Notes: generated by a model from the sequence alone, not told the origin. A stretch of DNA of 64,000 bases from an uncultured Gemmatimonadales bacterium (GCA_963793305.1 CAWBZV010000012.1:224001-288000), one strand, 5' to 3'; numbered from the stretch's first letter, positions 29,670 through 40,710 are shown. Numbers and translations: made by a program.

Positions 29670-31409
29670 CTAGTATCCCTCGGCCGCGCCGTGGAGGCGC
29701 GGATCGAACATCCCCGAGACACCGGTCGTCGTGCGCAGGATCGACGCGCCAATGCCGAGCGATCCGCGCCACGCCGAATCGACCGTGTAATGCATGGCGC
29801 GGAGCGCGGCGACCGTCGAGTCGGTGAGTCCGGAGCGCTCGTAGAGGAGCGTGTCGGGTAAATGCTGGTGGTGCACGCGCGGCGCGCTGACGGCCGCGGT
29901 GATTCCCATATCGTAGTCGATGACGTTGGAGATCACCTGGAACACCAACGTGATGATCCGGCCGCTGCCGCTGGCGCCGGTCACGATCATCGGCTTTCCG
30001 TCGTGGCCGAGCACGATGGTCGGCGTCATCGATGAGAGCATGCGCTTGCCCGGCGCGATGGCGTTCGCTTCGCCTTGCACGAGACCCGCGCCATTGGGAA
30101 CACCGGGCTGCGCGGTGAAGTCATCCATCTCGTCGTTGAGCACGAATCCCGCGCCACCGACGGTCGACGCCGATCCGAAGCCATAGTTGATCGTCGTCGT
30201 GAGCGCGACCGCATTGCCCTGGCCGTCGACGACCGAGAAGTGCGTCGTGTGCTTCCCTTCCACGCCCGCCCCGGTCGGGAACGAGACGGCCGCCGATGGC
30301 GTCGCGCTATCCGGGCGGATGTTCGCGTCGAGGCTGTCGGCGAAGGACTGGGACATGAGCCGGTCCGTCGGGATCGCGATGGCGTCCGGATCGCCCAGGA
30401 AGTGATTGCGAACGGCGAAGGCGCGCCGCATGGATTCGGCGAGCAGGTGGATCTCCTGCGGCGAGTGCCAGCCGAGTGCGCGTAGATCGCGGCCCGAGAG
30501 CATGTGCGCCATGAGCGCGAGCGTGATGCCACCCGACGATGGTGGCGGCATCGAGATGACCTGGTAGCCGCGATAATCGAACGTGATCGGCGTGCGCCAC
30601 TTCGCCTGGTACGCCGCGAGATCGGCGAGCGTCATGATGCCATGCCCGCGCTTCATCTCGGCCACAATCGCCGCCGCCGTCGGCCCCGCATAGAACCCCG
30701 CCGGCCCGTCCTTGGCGATGCGCCGCAGCACCGTCGCGAGCTCGGGATTCCGCCAGCGCGTTCCCGGCACGAGCGGATGGCCGTTCGGCAGAAACAGCGC
30801 GGCGCTCGCCGGGAATCTCGACAGCCTGGCGCTGTCGCCGATCGTGGTGCGGGCAAAGTCGGAATCGACCGTGAACCCGCTGTCCGCAAGCTGAATGGCC
30901 GGCGCCAGCACCTCGGCCCATGGGCGCGACCCGAAGCGATGGTGCGCTTCCCAGAGACCGGCCACCGAGCCGGGGACACCGGCCGCGAGATCACCAGTCG
31001 CCGCGCGATCGTCCGGTTTGCCGTTCGGCCCGATGTACATGTCGCGCGTGGCCGCCGCGGGCGCCATCTCGCGGAAGTCGAGCGCGACAGGCGGGCTGCC
31101 GGCCATCTGCGCGACAATGAACCCGCCGCCCCCAATATTGCCGGCCGCCGGCCACACGACCGACAGCGCAAACGCCGTCGCGACTGCCGCATCGATCGCA
31201 TTGCCACCGTGTCGCAGCATCTCGGCGCCGACATGCGTCGCGAGCGGCGCATCGGTCGCCACCATACCGTGCGCCGCGGTCACCGCCGGCGCGTCGAGAT
31301 GGTACGGCCAACTCGGTGGAACGGGAAACGCCTCACGGTGTTCCGCGGCGGATCCCGGTTGGCAGGCCGTGACAACGGCGAGCATGCAGATCGAACGGGC
31401 AATTTTCAT
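29670..31409 (-). CDS. ggt: Gamma-glutamyltransferase (lipoprotein)
   Basis: GGNAIDAAVA, GNIGGGGF, DFREMAP, PPPSSGG, catalytic TTHFSVVD, LNDEMDDF, PGKRMLSSMTP. Confidence 0.93.
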   Translation of the reverse strand: MKIARSICMLAVVTACQPGSAAEHREAFPVPPSWPYHLDAPAVTAAHGMVATDAPLATHVGAEMLRHGGNAIDAAVATAFALSVVWPAAGNIGGGGFIVAQMAGSPPVALDFREMAPAAATRDMYIGPNGKPDDRAATGDLAAGVPGSVAGLWEAHHRFGSRPWAEVLAPAIQLADSGFTVDSDFARTTIGDSARLSRFPASAALFLPNGHPLVPGTRWRNPELATVLRRIAKDGPAGFYAGPTAAAIVAEMKRGHGIMTLADLAAYQAKWRTPITFDYRGYQVISMPPPSSGGITLALMAHMLSGRDLRALGWHSPQEIHLLAESMRRAFAVRNHFLGDPDAIAIPTDRLMSQSFADSLDANIRPDSATPSAAVSFPTGAGVEGKHTTHFSVVDGQGNAVALTTTINYGFGSASTVGGAGFVLNDEMDDFTAQPGVPNGAGLVQGEANAIAPGKRMLSSMTPTIVLGHDGKPMIVTGASGSGRIITLVFQVISNVIDYDMGITAAVSAPRVHHQHLPDTLLYERSGLTDSTVAALRAMHYTVDSAWRGSLGIGASILRTTTGVSGMFDPRLHGAAEGY

Positions 31410-31445
31410 GTCGCGTACAATAGCATCCGTGACGTATAGTACACT

Positions 31446-32120
31446 ATGGCGATCGTCCGGCGGGCGGAGACCCGGGGGTTCCGCGTAGGTCTGGCCTACA
31501 GCAAGCTGCGCGAGATGATCGTGTGGGGGACGCTCGCGCCGGGGATGCGTCTGGTCGAGAGCGAGCTCATGACCCAGCTCGCGCTCGGCCGGACGCCGAT
31601 CCGCACCGCGCTGCATCGCTTGCAGTCGGAGGGCTTCATCGCCGGCACGGGCCGCGGCAAGGAGAGTCTGCGGGTCGCGCCGCTCTCGCAAGCGGATGCC
31701 GCGGACGTATTCGAGATCGTCGGCGCGCTCGAATCGATCGCCATTCGCCACGCGGCGACGCTGGACCGGACCTCGCGCGTGGCGCTCGCCGCGGCGCTGC
31801 GCGAAGAGAACGCCGCGCTGGCGCGCGCGGCACGAGGTCCGAAGCCCGACCAGCGCGAGATCTATGACCACGACACGGCGCTCCATCGCCTGTTCATCGA
31901 CGCCGGCGCCGGCCCACGCGTGGCCCGCGAGCTGGTGACAATGAAGCTGCAGGCCGAGCGGTACATGCGGCTCTATATCCGGGTCTTCGGCGACATGCGC
32001 CCGTCGATCGCGCAGCACGACCGGATGGCGCGGGCGATCCGCGCGGGGGACCCGGACGCGGCGGCGGCGGCGGTGCGCGAGCAATGGGAAGGCGCGGCCG
32101 CCCGGTTCGATCTGCGATAG
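31446..32120 (+). CDS. GntR-family regulator (FCD domain)
   Basis: LAPGMRLVESEL, GRTPIRTALHRL, D..LH, QH C-terminal motifs. Confidence 0.9.
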   Translation: MAIVRRAETRGFRVGLAYSKLREMIVWGTLAPGMRLVESELMTQLALGRTPIRTALHRLQSEGFIAGTGRGKESLRVAPLSQADAADVFEIVGALESIAIRHAATLDRTSRVALAAALREENAALARAARGPKPDQREIYDHDTALHRLFIDAGAGPRVARELVTMKLQAERYMRLYIRVFGDMRPSIAQHDRMARAIRAGDPDAAAAAVREQWEGAAARFDLR

Positions 32121-32200
32121 TATACTAAATAGTACATTATTTTGAAACCGGGCAGCCGGCGCGGTCGTAGGGCATCCTGAACACCAACCAGGACCGTCCC

Positions 32201-33087
32201 GTGGAGCTCGTGATCCGCAACCTCTCGAAAACGTACCCCAACGGCGTCCAGGCCCTCGCGGACGTTCTCGCTGACGATCCCCAACGGCATGTTCGGCCTC
32301 CTCGGGCCGAACGGCGCCGGAAAGTCGACGCTCATGCGCACGATCGCCACCCTGCAGCGGCCCGATGCCGGTACTATCCAGCTCGGCGCCATCAACGTCC
32401 TCGCCCAGCCGGACGAAGTCCGGAAGCAGCTCGGGTACTTGCCCCAGGAGTTCGGGCTCTACCCGAACCTCTCGGCCGAGATGATCCTGGACCACTTCGC
32501 CCAGCTCAAGGGCGTCAGCGTCCGCGGCGAACGCCGCGTGCTGGTCGATGCGCTGCTGCATCAGGTGAACCTCTCCGACGTCCGATCGAAACGCGTCGGA
32601 GGGTTTTCCGGCGGGATGAAGCAACGATTGGGCATCGCCATCGCGCTGGCGGGCCAACCGCGGCTCCTCATCGTCGATGAGCCGACCGCGGGCCTCGATC
32701 CCACCGAGCGCCGCCGGTTTCTCAACTTACTCTCGGAGATCAGCGAAGACGTGATCGTGATTCTGTCGACGCACATCGTCGACGACGTTCCGCGAGCTCT
32801 GCCACCGCATGGCGATCTTGAATCGCGGACAGGTCGTCTCGTCCGGCGATCCGCGCCAGATCATCGAGGGCATGCGCGGCCGCGTGTGGTCCCGCGCCGT
32901 GCCGCGAGCCGACCTGACGGCGTTCACCGCGCGCCACAACGTGATCTCGACCCGGTTGGTCGGCGGCACGCCGATCGTGCACGTGTACAGCGAGGCCGAC
33001 CCCGGCCAGGGGTTCGCCGCCGTAGAAGCCGGGCTCGAAGACGTGTACTTCTATCAACTCGCTCAGGGGGAGGCCGCGTGTTCCTGA
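32201..33087 (+). CDS. ABC transporter ATP-binding protein; frameshifts near 32267 and 32789
   Basis: Walker A GPNGAGKS, FSGGMKQR, IVDEPTAGLDP, STH; LEDVYF tail. Confidence 0.88.
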
Positions 33088-36000
33088 CCATCGCGCGGCT
33101 GGAGATCGCCAGCCAATTCCGCCGCGGCACGACGTATCTCTACTTCGCGGTCTTGTTCCTGCTCGGCGCCTTCGGGATGGCATCCGACGCGATCCAGTCG
33201 GACGTCGGCGGCGTGTCCCGCAACTCGCCTTGGGCCATCGCCCAGATCATGATCGGTCTCACCATCGTCGGCCAGGTCATCACGACCGCGGTCGTCGGCG
33301 CCGCGATCCTGCGCGATGTGCAGTACAAAGCGCACGAGCTCCTGTTCACGACTCGGGTCACGCGCCTCGGCTACCTCGGCGGCCGGTTCACCGGCTCCCT
33401 GATCGCGATGCTCGTGATTTACGCCGCGGTACCGCTCGGCGCGTTCGTGGGGACACTCATGCCATGGCTCGACCACGACGCGCTGCAAGCGTTCCACCTG
33501 TCGAGCTATACCCGCCCCTTCTGCCTGCTGGTCATCCCGAACATCGTGTTCGTGAGCGCGCTCATGTTCGCGGTCGGCGCGCTGACCCGCAATCTCTTCG
33601 CGATCTACACGCAAGGCATCGCGCTGCTCGCCGGCTACGCGATCGCGCAGATCATGCTCGTCAGTCTCGACCAGTTTCAACTCGCCGGGATGCTCGACCC
33701 GTTCGGCGACACGGCATTCGGTCTCCTGACCAGATACTGGACGATCAGCGAGCGCAACTCGCGACCGTTTACGCTGAGCGGGCCGCTGCTGACGAATCGC
33801 CTCATCTGGCTCGGCGTTGCCGCGGTGCTCGTCCTGGTCACGTTGGCGTTCGTGCGACTCGAGGCCAGCCCACGGTCAATTGGATGGCGGCGTCGGCCCT
33901 CGACTCCCGCATCCCCACCGCGCGCGCCACAGCCGGTGCGACTGCCGACCGTCTCGCTCGCGTTCGGCGTGCAGGCCAGGCTCCGCCAGCTCGCGAGCCA
34001 GACATGGTTCTTCTTCGTCGCCATCGTGCGCGAACCAGTCTTCCTGACGATCGCCTGCATCGGCCTGGTCTTCATGTCGCTCGGCGCCTGGTTCGCCGAC
34101 GTTCGCTATGGCACCTCGCTCTGGCCCGTCACCGGCGTGATGCTCGCCGCCATCATCCGACGGATGTACCTCTTCCTCGTCGTCCTCACCACGATCTACG
34201 CGGGTGAGCTCGTGTGGCGTGAGCGCCAACTCGGCGTCGCCGGGACGACGGATGCCCTGCCGGCGCCGACCGCCATCACCCTCGCGGGCAAGTTCATCGC
34301 CTTCCTCGGCGCGATGTTCGTCGTCGAACTGTGCGCCGTGCTGGCGACGCTGACCATGCAGACCGTCAAGGGGTATCACCATTACGAGCTCGGACTCTAC
34401 GCCCGCGGCATCCTCGGCATCGCCATGCCGACCGTACTGGCGATCGCGGCACTCGCGTTCGTCGTGCACGCGTTGGTCAATGAGAAGTTCGTCGGCCACG
34501 TGATCATGATCGTGTATTTCCTGGTCACGCTCGCGCTGAGCAATCTGGGATTCCAGCGGGTGATTTATCAGTACGGATTCACGCCCGAATATGTGTATTC
34601 GGACATGGATCATTTCCACCAGTATGCGGCTTCGCTGTCTGGATTGGCGCTGTATTTCAGTGCCGCGGCCATGGCGCTGCTTCTCGTCGCCTATCTCGTC
34701 TGGCCCCGCGGGGCCGATGAGACACGGCGCGCACGACTCGCCGCCGCTCTCGCCCGCCTACGGTCGCCCGTCACGCGCGTTCTGGGCGGCACGACCGCGT
34801 TCGCGACGGTCGTCGCCGGCGGTTTCGTGTGGCACAATACCGCGATGATCAATCACTTCACGAGTACCCGCGACATCCAACTGGAGCGCGCCGCGTACGA
34901 GCGCGACTTCCGTCGCTACCAATCACTCATCGGCCCGCGCATCGTCGCCATCCATGTTCGCGGCGACCTCGTCCCGGAGCAGCGGGCGATGGCGTTGTCC
35001 AGCGTGTACACGGTCGTCAACAAGCACACACAGCCCATCGACACGCTGTTCGTCAGTCTCGCCAGCAGCGCGTTCCATTTTACACTGCCGAACGGGCTGT
35101 CGGCCGAGCGCGACTATCACGTGGACTCGCTCGTCTGGAATCGGCCTACGCGACTCCTCTTCGCCGACTCGGCGCGCGGTGTGTACCTCTATGGCCTGGA
35201 GCAGTCCATTGCTCCGGGCGATTCGATGACACTCGCGTTCGGTGCGCACTATGCCGCGCATGGGTATCCCAACAACGACCCGAACAATGATGTGGTCGCG
35301 AACGGAACGTTTCTCAACTCGACGCTGCAGTACTTCCCGAGCCTCTGTTACGAAGATGATGTCGAGCTTTCCGGCGACGAGGAGCGCAAGCGCGCCCACC
35401 TCGCACCGAAGGCTGCCGCACCATCGCTGAATGACGAGTCGGCCCAGGCGAATAGCTTTGCGTGCGACGCTGATCAACTGACGTTCGACGCCGTCCTCAG
35501 CACGGCGCCAGATCAGATCGCGATCGCGCCCGGCTCTCTCCAGCGCGAGTGGATGGCGAATGGGCGTCGGTTCTTTGCCTACCATATGGATAGCCCGATT
35601 CACAAGTCCTATTCGATCCAATCGGGGAGATACGCGGTGCGGCACGACAGCGCGCCGGGCGTTGCGATCGATGTGTACTACCATCCCGGTCATGAGGTCG
35701 ATGTCGGCCGCATGATCGAAGGCACGAAGCGCGGCCTGGCGTACTACGGCACGCACTTCAGCCCGTACCAATTCCACCAGTTCCGCATCGTGGAATTTCC
35801 GCGCTACCAATCATTCGCGGAAGCCTTCCCAGGCACGGTGCCATTCTCCGAAGGCCTGGGCTTCATCTCCCGCGTGCGCGACTCCGAGAACGACCTCGAT
35901 TGGCCCTTGTTCGCGACCGCGCACGAGCTCGGCCACCAATGGTGGGGTCAGCAGATCACGCCGGCCAACCAGGAAGGCGCCGCGATGCTGGTCGAATCGC

Positions 36001-36695
36001 TGGCCGAGTACTCGGCGCTGACCGTGATGGAGCAGAAGTACGGGGTGGCGAGCCTGAGGAAGTTCCTGCGCCACGAGTTGGACCGCTACCTCAACGGTCG
36101 CGCGACCGAGCGCAAGCGGGAAGTGCCGCTCATGCGAGTTGGGGACTTGAGCCAACTCTATATCGCGTATTACAAAGGCTCATTGGCGTTTTACGCGCTG
36201 CGCGACTACATCGGCGAAGACTCGCTGAACGCGGCGCTGAGTCGATTCCTCCATGACAAGGCGTTTCAGCAGCCGCCGTACACGAACAGCGCCGAGCTGC
36301 TCCAGTACTTGCGGGCGGTCACGCCGGATTCGCTCCAGTACGTGATCCACGACCTCTTCGAGACGATCACGCTCTATGACAACCGGGCGACGGCGGCCAC
36401 CGCGACCCGACGCGCGGACGGGCGCTACGATGTCAGCCTCACGTTCGACGCCCGGAAGCTCCGCGCCGATAGCCTCGGGACGGAGCACGACATCCCGATC
36501 GACGACTATATAGACGTTGGGGTGTTCGCCGGGAACCGCCCGCTCGCGGTGCGCAAGATCCACGTGACGCAGCCGACGATGACGGTCACCTTCGTCGTCA
36601 ACGAGCGCCCCACCAAGGCTGGCGTGGACCCGTTCAACAAGTTGATTGATCGGGCGCCGGAGGATAACGTCATGGCATGCTCCATATCGCCTTAG
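33078..36695 (+). CDS. ABC-2 permease fused to an M1-family aminopeptidase domain
   Basis: GGAGG then GTG 33078; many TM segments followed by EFPRY, AHELGHQWWG, ESLAEY, YYKGSL. Confidence 0.9.
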   Translation: MFLTIARLEIASQFRRGTTYLYFAVLFLLGAFGMASDAIQSDVGGVSRNSPWAIAQIMIGLTIVGQVITTAVVGAAILRDVQYKAHELLFTTRVTRLGYLGGRFTGSLIAMLVIYAAVPLGAFVGTLMPWLDHDALQAFHLSSYTRPFCLLVIPNIVFVSALMFAVGALTRNLFAIYTQGIALLAGYAIAQIMLVSLDQFQLAGMLDPFGDTAFGLLTRYWTISERNSRPFTLSGPLLTNRLIWLGVAAVLVLVTLAFVRLEASPRSIGWRRRPSTPASPPRAPQPVRLPTVSLAFGVQARLRQLASQTWFFFVAIVREPVFLTIACIGLVFMSLGAWFADVRYGTSLWPVTGVMLAAIIRRMYLFLVVLTTIYAGELVWRERQLGVAGTTDALPAPTAITLAGKFIAFLGAMFVVELCAVLATLTMQTVKGYHHYELGLYARGILGIAMPTVLAIAALAFVVHALVNEKFVGHVIMIVYFLVTLALSNLGFQRVIYQYGFTPEYVYSDMDHFHQYAASLSGLALYFSAAAMALLLVAYLVWPRGADETRRARLAAALARLRSPVTRVLGGTTAFATVVAGGFVWHNTAMINHFTSTRDIQLERAAYERDFRRYQSLIGPRIVAIHVRGDLVPEQRAMALSSVYTVVNKHTQPIDTLFVSLASSAFHFTLPNGLSAERDYHVDSLVWNRPTRLLFADSARGVYLYGLEQSIAPGDSMTLAFGAHYAAHGYPNNDPNNDVVANGTFLNSTLQYFPSLCYEDDVELSGDEERKRAHLAPKAAAPSLNDESAQANSFACDADQLTFDAVLSTAPDQIAIAPGSLQREWMANGRRFFAYHMDSPIHKSYSIQSGRYAVRHDSAPGVAIDVYYHPGHEVDVGRMIEGTKRGLAYYGTHFSPYQFHQFRIVEFPRYQSFAEAFPGTVPFSEGLGFISRVRDSENDLDWPLFATAHELGHQWWGQQITPANQEGAAMLVESLAEYSALTVMEQKYGVASLRKFLRHELDRYLNGRATERKREVPLMRVGDLSQLYIAYYKGSLAFYALRDYIGEDSLNAALSRFLHDKAFQQPPYTNSAELLQYLRAVTPDSLQYVIHDLFETITLYDNRATAATATRRADGRYDVSLTFDARKLRADSLGTEHDIPIDDYIDVGVFAGNRPLAVRKIHVTQPTMTVTFVVNERPTKAGVDPFNKLIDRAPEDNVMACSISP

Positions 36696-37457
36696 CGTTT
36701 CTGGTGCTGCAGGGGCAACCCTCGCGCCCCGAGATTCTGGTCCTCGGGACCTATCACATGGCGAACCCCGGCCATGACATCCACAATATGAAAGCGGACA
36801 ACGTTCCTGGCGCCGAAGCGCCAGGGCGAGATCGCGCGGGTGATGGAGGTCCTCAAGAAATTCCATCCGACGAAAGTCGCGATCGAGGCCGAGGTCGGGA
36901 CCACGCGGGCCACGCAACAGTACGCGGACTATCTCGCGGGCAAGTTCACGCTGACCTCCAACGAGATCGACCAGATCGGGTATCGACTCGCCAAAGAGCT
37001 TGGGTCTCAGGCGATCTACCCAGTCGACGAGGAAAGTGACTTCCCGTACGAGCGTGTACTGAACTACGCCAAGGCCAACGGCCGCGCGGACGCGTTCAAT
37101 GCCACGGAGGCAACCTCGGGCGCCAGAGTGAAGGCTCAAGGCGACTACTTGGCATCGCACACGGTACTGGAGATGCTCGAGCTCATGAACGCCGACTCGT
37201 CGGTGGCGCAGGATGTGGCGGCATACTTCGCCTTCGTGCCATACGGCGATCCCAATGACTACGCCGGGCCAGACCTCGTGGCGACGTGGTATCAGCGAAA
37301 CATTCGCATCTACCATAACATCCACGAGCTGATCGAGTCGCCGAACGAGCGCATCCTCGTGATCTTCGGCGCCGGCCACTTGGGCTGGCTGCGGCAAGAC
37401 GCAGCGAATGACCCGACGGTGCGACTCCGGAAGCTCGCCGAGTTCACTGGGCAGTGA
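36677..37457 (+). CDS. DUF5694-like secreted protein; frameshift near 36804
   Basis: LGTYHMANPG, NEIDQIGYRLA, WYQRN..I, LVIFGAGH. Confidence 0.78.
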
Positions 37458-40072
37458 CCGATCCGCTGGCGCACGTCACGGCGGCGCTCGCCGGGCGCTA
37501 TCGGATCGAGCGCGAGATTGGACGCGGTGGGATGGCGACGGTCTATCTCGCCGAAGATGAGCGGCACCATCGAAGGGTCGCGATCAAGGTCCTGCATCCC
37601 GAGCTGTCCGCGATCCTGGGACCTGAGCGGTTTCTCAAGGAGATCGAGCTCACCGCGAACTTGCAGCATCCTCATATCCTCCCGCTCTTCGACAGCGGGA
37701 GCGCGGACGGGCACCTCTACTATGTCATGCCCTACGTCGCGGGCGAATCGCTGCGGGCGCGACTCGAGCGCGAGCGGCAGCTGCCGATCGCCGATGCGGT
37801 GGGCATCGCGACGGAGGTCGCCGACGCGCTGGCGTACGCGCATCAGCGCGGCGTGATCCATCGGGATATCAAGCCGGAGAACATCCTCCTCCACGGCGGC
37901 CACAGTCTCGTCGCCGACTTCGGGATCGCGCTCGCCGTCGAGCAAGCCAGCGGCCAGCGTCTCACGCAGACCGGGCTGTCGCTCGGCACGCCACAGTACA
38001 TGAGCCCCGAGCAGACGATGGGCGAGCGCGAGGTCGGCCCGCGCTCCGATATCTACTCGCTCGGCGTCGTGACGTACGAGATGCTCATTGGCGAGCCGCC
38101 GTTTATCGGCGCGACGGCGCAGGCGACCGTCGCCAAGATGATGACGGACGAGCCGCGTCGGCTCATCCCGCAGCGCCGGACCATCCCGCCAGCGGTCGAA
38201 GAGGCGGTGCTGACCGCGCTCGAGAAGCTCCCCGCTGACCGGTTCGTCGGCGCGACGGCATTCGCTCAGGCGCTCTCGCAGCCAACGGTCGCCCGCCCGC
38301 CTCGCTCGGCCCCAGCGTGGTCCGTCAGGTCCGTCATTGCCTACGCGGCGCCAACCCTCGCGCTCGTCGCGGTGGCGTTCGTCTTCGGCCGAGGGCTTGG
38401 CACGGTCCGCGCACCGATCGCGTCGTTCGGCCGGTCCACACAAGTCACGTGGGAGCGCGGACTCCACATCCTGCCGGCCATTTCCCCGGATGGACGATCC
38501 GTCGCCTATTCCGCCGGTAACGGCGCGAACGTGAAGGTCTACGTCCGACAGGTCGCTGGTGGCCGCGTGACCCAGATCGTCGACGACTCAACGTCGACCG
38601 AGGGCAACCCCTCATGGTCTCCCGACGGCTCGCGGCTGCTCTTTCTCTCGCAAGGCGGCGTGTGGAGCGCGCCGTCCTCGGGCGGCACCGCGCGTCCCGA
38701 AGTGCCGCGCGTGCCCCAAGGCGCGGTCACCACGGCCGTTTGGGCGCCCAATGGCCAGACGATCGCCTACGCCGTGGTGGATTCGCTCTACATCAGAAAT
38801 CCGGCCGGACAGGTCCGCCGGCTGGCCACGATCCACGACCCCTCGCTGTGTCAGTGGTCTCCCGACGCGACGCGCATCGCGTGCGTCGCCGAGAACTCGT
38901 TTTACTCGCGGGTAGGGATACTGTTCGACAACCGGTCGCCCAGCCACATCGTGGTCATCCGCGTCAGCAATGGCGCGATCGCTGCCGCGACCGACAGCGT
39001 CTCGACCAATCAGAGTCCGGTCTGGTCGCGAGACGGACGGTGGCTCTGCTTCGTGTCCGACCGATTCGGTCCGCGCGACATTTATGCCGTTCGCATTACG
39101 CGCTCCGGCGGCGCCGATGGCACGCCGGTTCGCCTGACCACCGGGCTCAATGTGCACACGTTCTCGATCTCGGCCACGGGCAATCGATTCGCGTACGATG
39201 TCTACGCCTCGACGGCGAACGTCTGGTCGCTTCCGTTTCCACCGAACGGTGTCACGCAAGCATCGGCGGTCCAAGTCACCCACGGCGTGCAGATCGTCGA
39301 GGAAGAGACGGCGTCGGACAATGGGAAGTGGTTATTCTACGACTCGAACGTGAGTGGCAACTCGCTGCTCTATCGCATGCGACTGCCGAACGGAGACCCG
39401 GAGCAGCTAACGTCGGGAACTGGCGAGGATTTCTTCCCCGTGCTGTCGCCCGACCGACGCGAGGTCGCGTTTCATTCGTTTCGCTCCGGCAATCGTGACA
39501 TCTACGTGATGCCGCTCGATGGCGGCCCGACGCAACACGTGACCACATCGCCGATGCAGGAGGCAGCGCCGAGCTGGTCTCCGGATGGCCGGGCCCTCAC
39601 GTATGGGATCTTCGGGCCCCCCGGCGCCGTCTACGTCGTGCACCGGAATCCGGATCGGACATGGGGGAACCCGGTCGAGCGCGCCCCGATCGGATCGTTC
39701 CCCATTTGGTCACCGGACGGGCGCTGGATCGCGTACGCGACCTACGTATTCGGAGGATCGCTGGCGATCGTCAGTCCCGATTCCGGCTCGCCTCGCATCG
39801 TGCTCGATTCGGCGGCAAGCGGTATCCTGGTCGAGGCGCCGTTGTGGAGTCGCGACAGTCGCACGCTCTACGTCAAGAGTCACAACGCGCATGGCAATGC
39901 ACAATTCTGGTCGGTGCCTGTGACCGGCGGTCGGCCAACGTTGCTCCTCCAACTCACCGACCCCCTGCGCCCGTCGCTTCGTAACGCCTGGGGATTGGGG
40001 CCCGGTCGCATGTACTTCACCGTGGAAGAGCAGCAGAGCGAAGTCTGGGTGATGGACGCGACGCTGCCCTAG
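37454..40072 (+). CDS. Hanks-type Ser/Thr kinase with a TM segment and PD40/TolB repeats
   Basis: GRGGMATVY, VAIK, HRDIKPEN, DFG, GTPQYMSPE; repeated WSPDG. Confidence 0.95.
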   Translation: MTDPLAHVTAALAGRYRIEREIGRGGMATVYLAEDERHHRRVAIKVLHPELSAILGPERFLKEIELTANLQHPHILPLFDSGSADGHLYYVMPYVAGESLRARLERERQLPIADAVGIATEVADALAYAHQRGVIHRDIKPENILLHGGHSLVADFGIALAVEQASGQRLTQTGLSLGTPQYMSPEQTMGEREVGPRSDIYSLGVVTYEMLIGEPPFIGATAQATVAKMMTDEPRRLIPQRRTIPPAVEEAVLTALEKLPADRFVGATAFAQALSQPTVARPPRSAPAWSVRSVIAYAAPTLALVAVAFVFGRGLGTVRAPIASFGRSTQVTWERGLHILPAISPDGRSVAYSAGNGANVKVYVRQVAGGRVTQIVDDSTSTEGNPSWSPDGSRLLFLSQGGVWSAPSSGGTARPEVPRVPQGAVTTAVWAPNGQTIAYAVVDSLYIRNPAGQVRRLATIHDPSLCQWSPDATRIACVAENSFYSRVGILFDNRSPSHIVVIRVSNGAIAAATDSVSTNQSPVWSRDGRWLCFVSDRFGPRDIYAVRITRSGGADGTPVRLTTGLNVHTFSISATGNRFAYDVYASTANVWSLPFPPNGVTQASAVQVTHGVQIVEEETASDNGKWLFYDSNVSGNSLLYRMRLPNGDPEQLTSGTGEDFFPVLSPDRREVAFHSFRSGNRDIYVMPLDGGPTQHVTTSPMQEAAPSWSPDGRALTYGIFGPPGAVYVVHRNPDRTWGNPVERAPIGSFPIWSPDGRWIAYATYVFGGSLAIVSPDSGSPRIVLDSAASGILVEAPLWSRDSRTLYVKSHNAHGNAQFWSVPVTGGRPTLLLQLTDPLRPSLRNAWGLGPGRMYFTVEEQQSEVWVMDATLP

Positions 40073-40110
40073 TGGGTGATCCCACCCAGCGCGCTGGGTG
40101 AAATGCCCAC
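40072..40110. terminator. Stem-loop after the kinase stop
   Basis: CACCCAGC/GCTGGGTG inverted repeat flanked by GTGGGT/GCCCAC; no U-tract. Confidence 0.45.
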
Positions 40111-40177
40111 ACGCCATGCAGTCGGCTTCGTTATTCCGCCCGTAGTGCTCGGCATAGCAGGTGCAGTATGCCGTCGC

Positions 40178-40710
40178 ATGCGAATCGTTCTCGGCGCGAG
40201 CACTTATCGTCAGCGTATTGGGCCTGAGCGCGCAGCGCGAAGGACCAGTTTTCGCGGTCGCCCCGACGGGCCTCAACAACTCTGTCTCCAAACCCCGACA
40301 CGCGTGGCGACATGGCGGTGATTCCGGTCATGACGCGCGAGGCAGCCGATCGGCTGACCGCGTGCGGATATGCAGTCGTCGGCCCGGAGACAGCGCCCAG
40401 TTCCCCCGACTACCTCTTCGAGCACGGCGACGTCGCCGCGTCGTGGGGCGCCGAGCATCACGCGGACTGGGTGCTGGTCGGTCGCTTGAATCGCATCGGC
40501 CGCTGGGAAGCCGACTGGGAAATCCAAGTCGTCTCAGTCTCTCAGCAACGCGTGATCGACACGCGCGTCGTCGAGCTCAAAGGCTTCGGCACGGACTCGG
40601 CCCTCACCGCCCGCCTCGCCAATCGCGGCGCCGCGTGGCTCATGGACCAAGTGACGCAGTCCGTCGCGCACGCGAGCAGCTCGAGCAACCCACGACCCTG
40701 TCACGCTTAA
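40178..40710 (+). CDS. Hypothetical secreted protein (DUF2380/DUF3280-like); frameshifts near 40199 and 40295
   Basis: Joins as MRIVLGA-ALIVSVLGLSAQ...SKP-DTRGDMAVIP...ADWVLVGRL. Confidence 0.55.

Noticed and set aside
29670..32657. 995-aa extended GGT
   Set aside because: The N-terminal 416 aa are the antisense shadow of gntR and the ABC gene; the real start is 31409.
32289..36695. 1468-aa ATPase-permease-peptidase single polypeptide
   Set aside because: Artefact of the indel near 32789. The ATPase tail ends at 33087 and the permease has its own SD and GTG at 33078.
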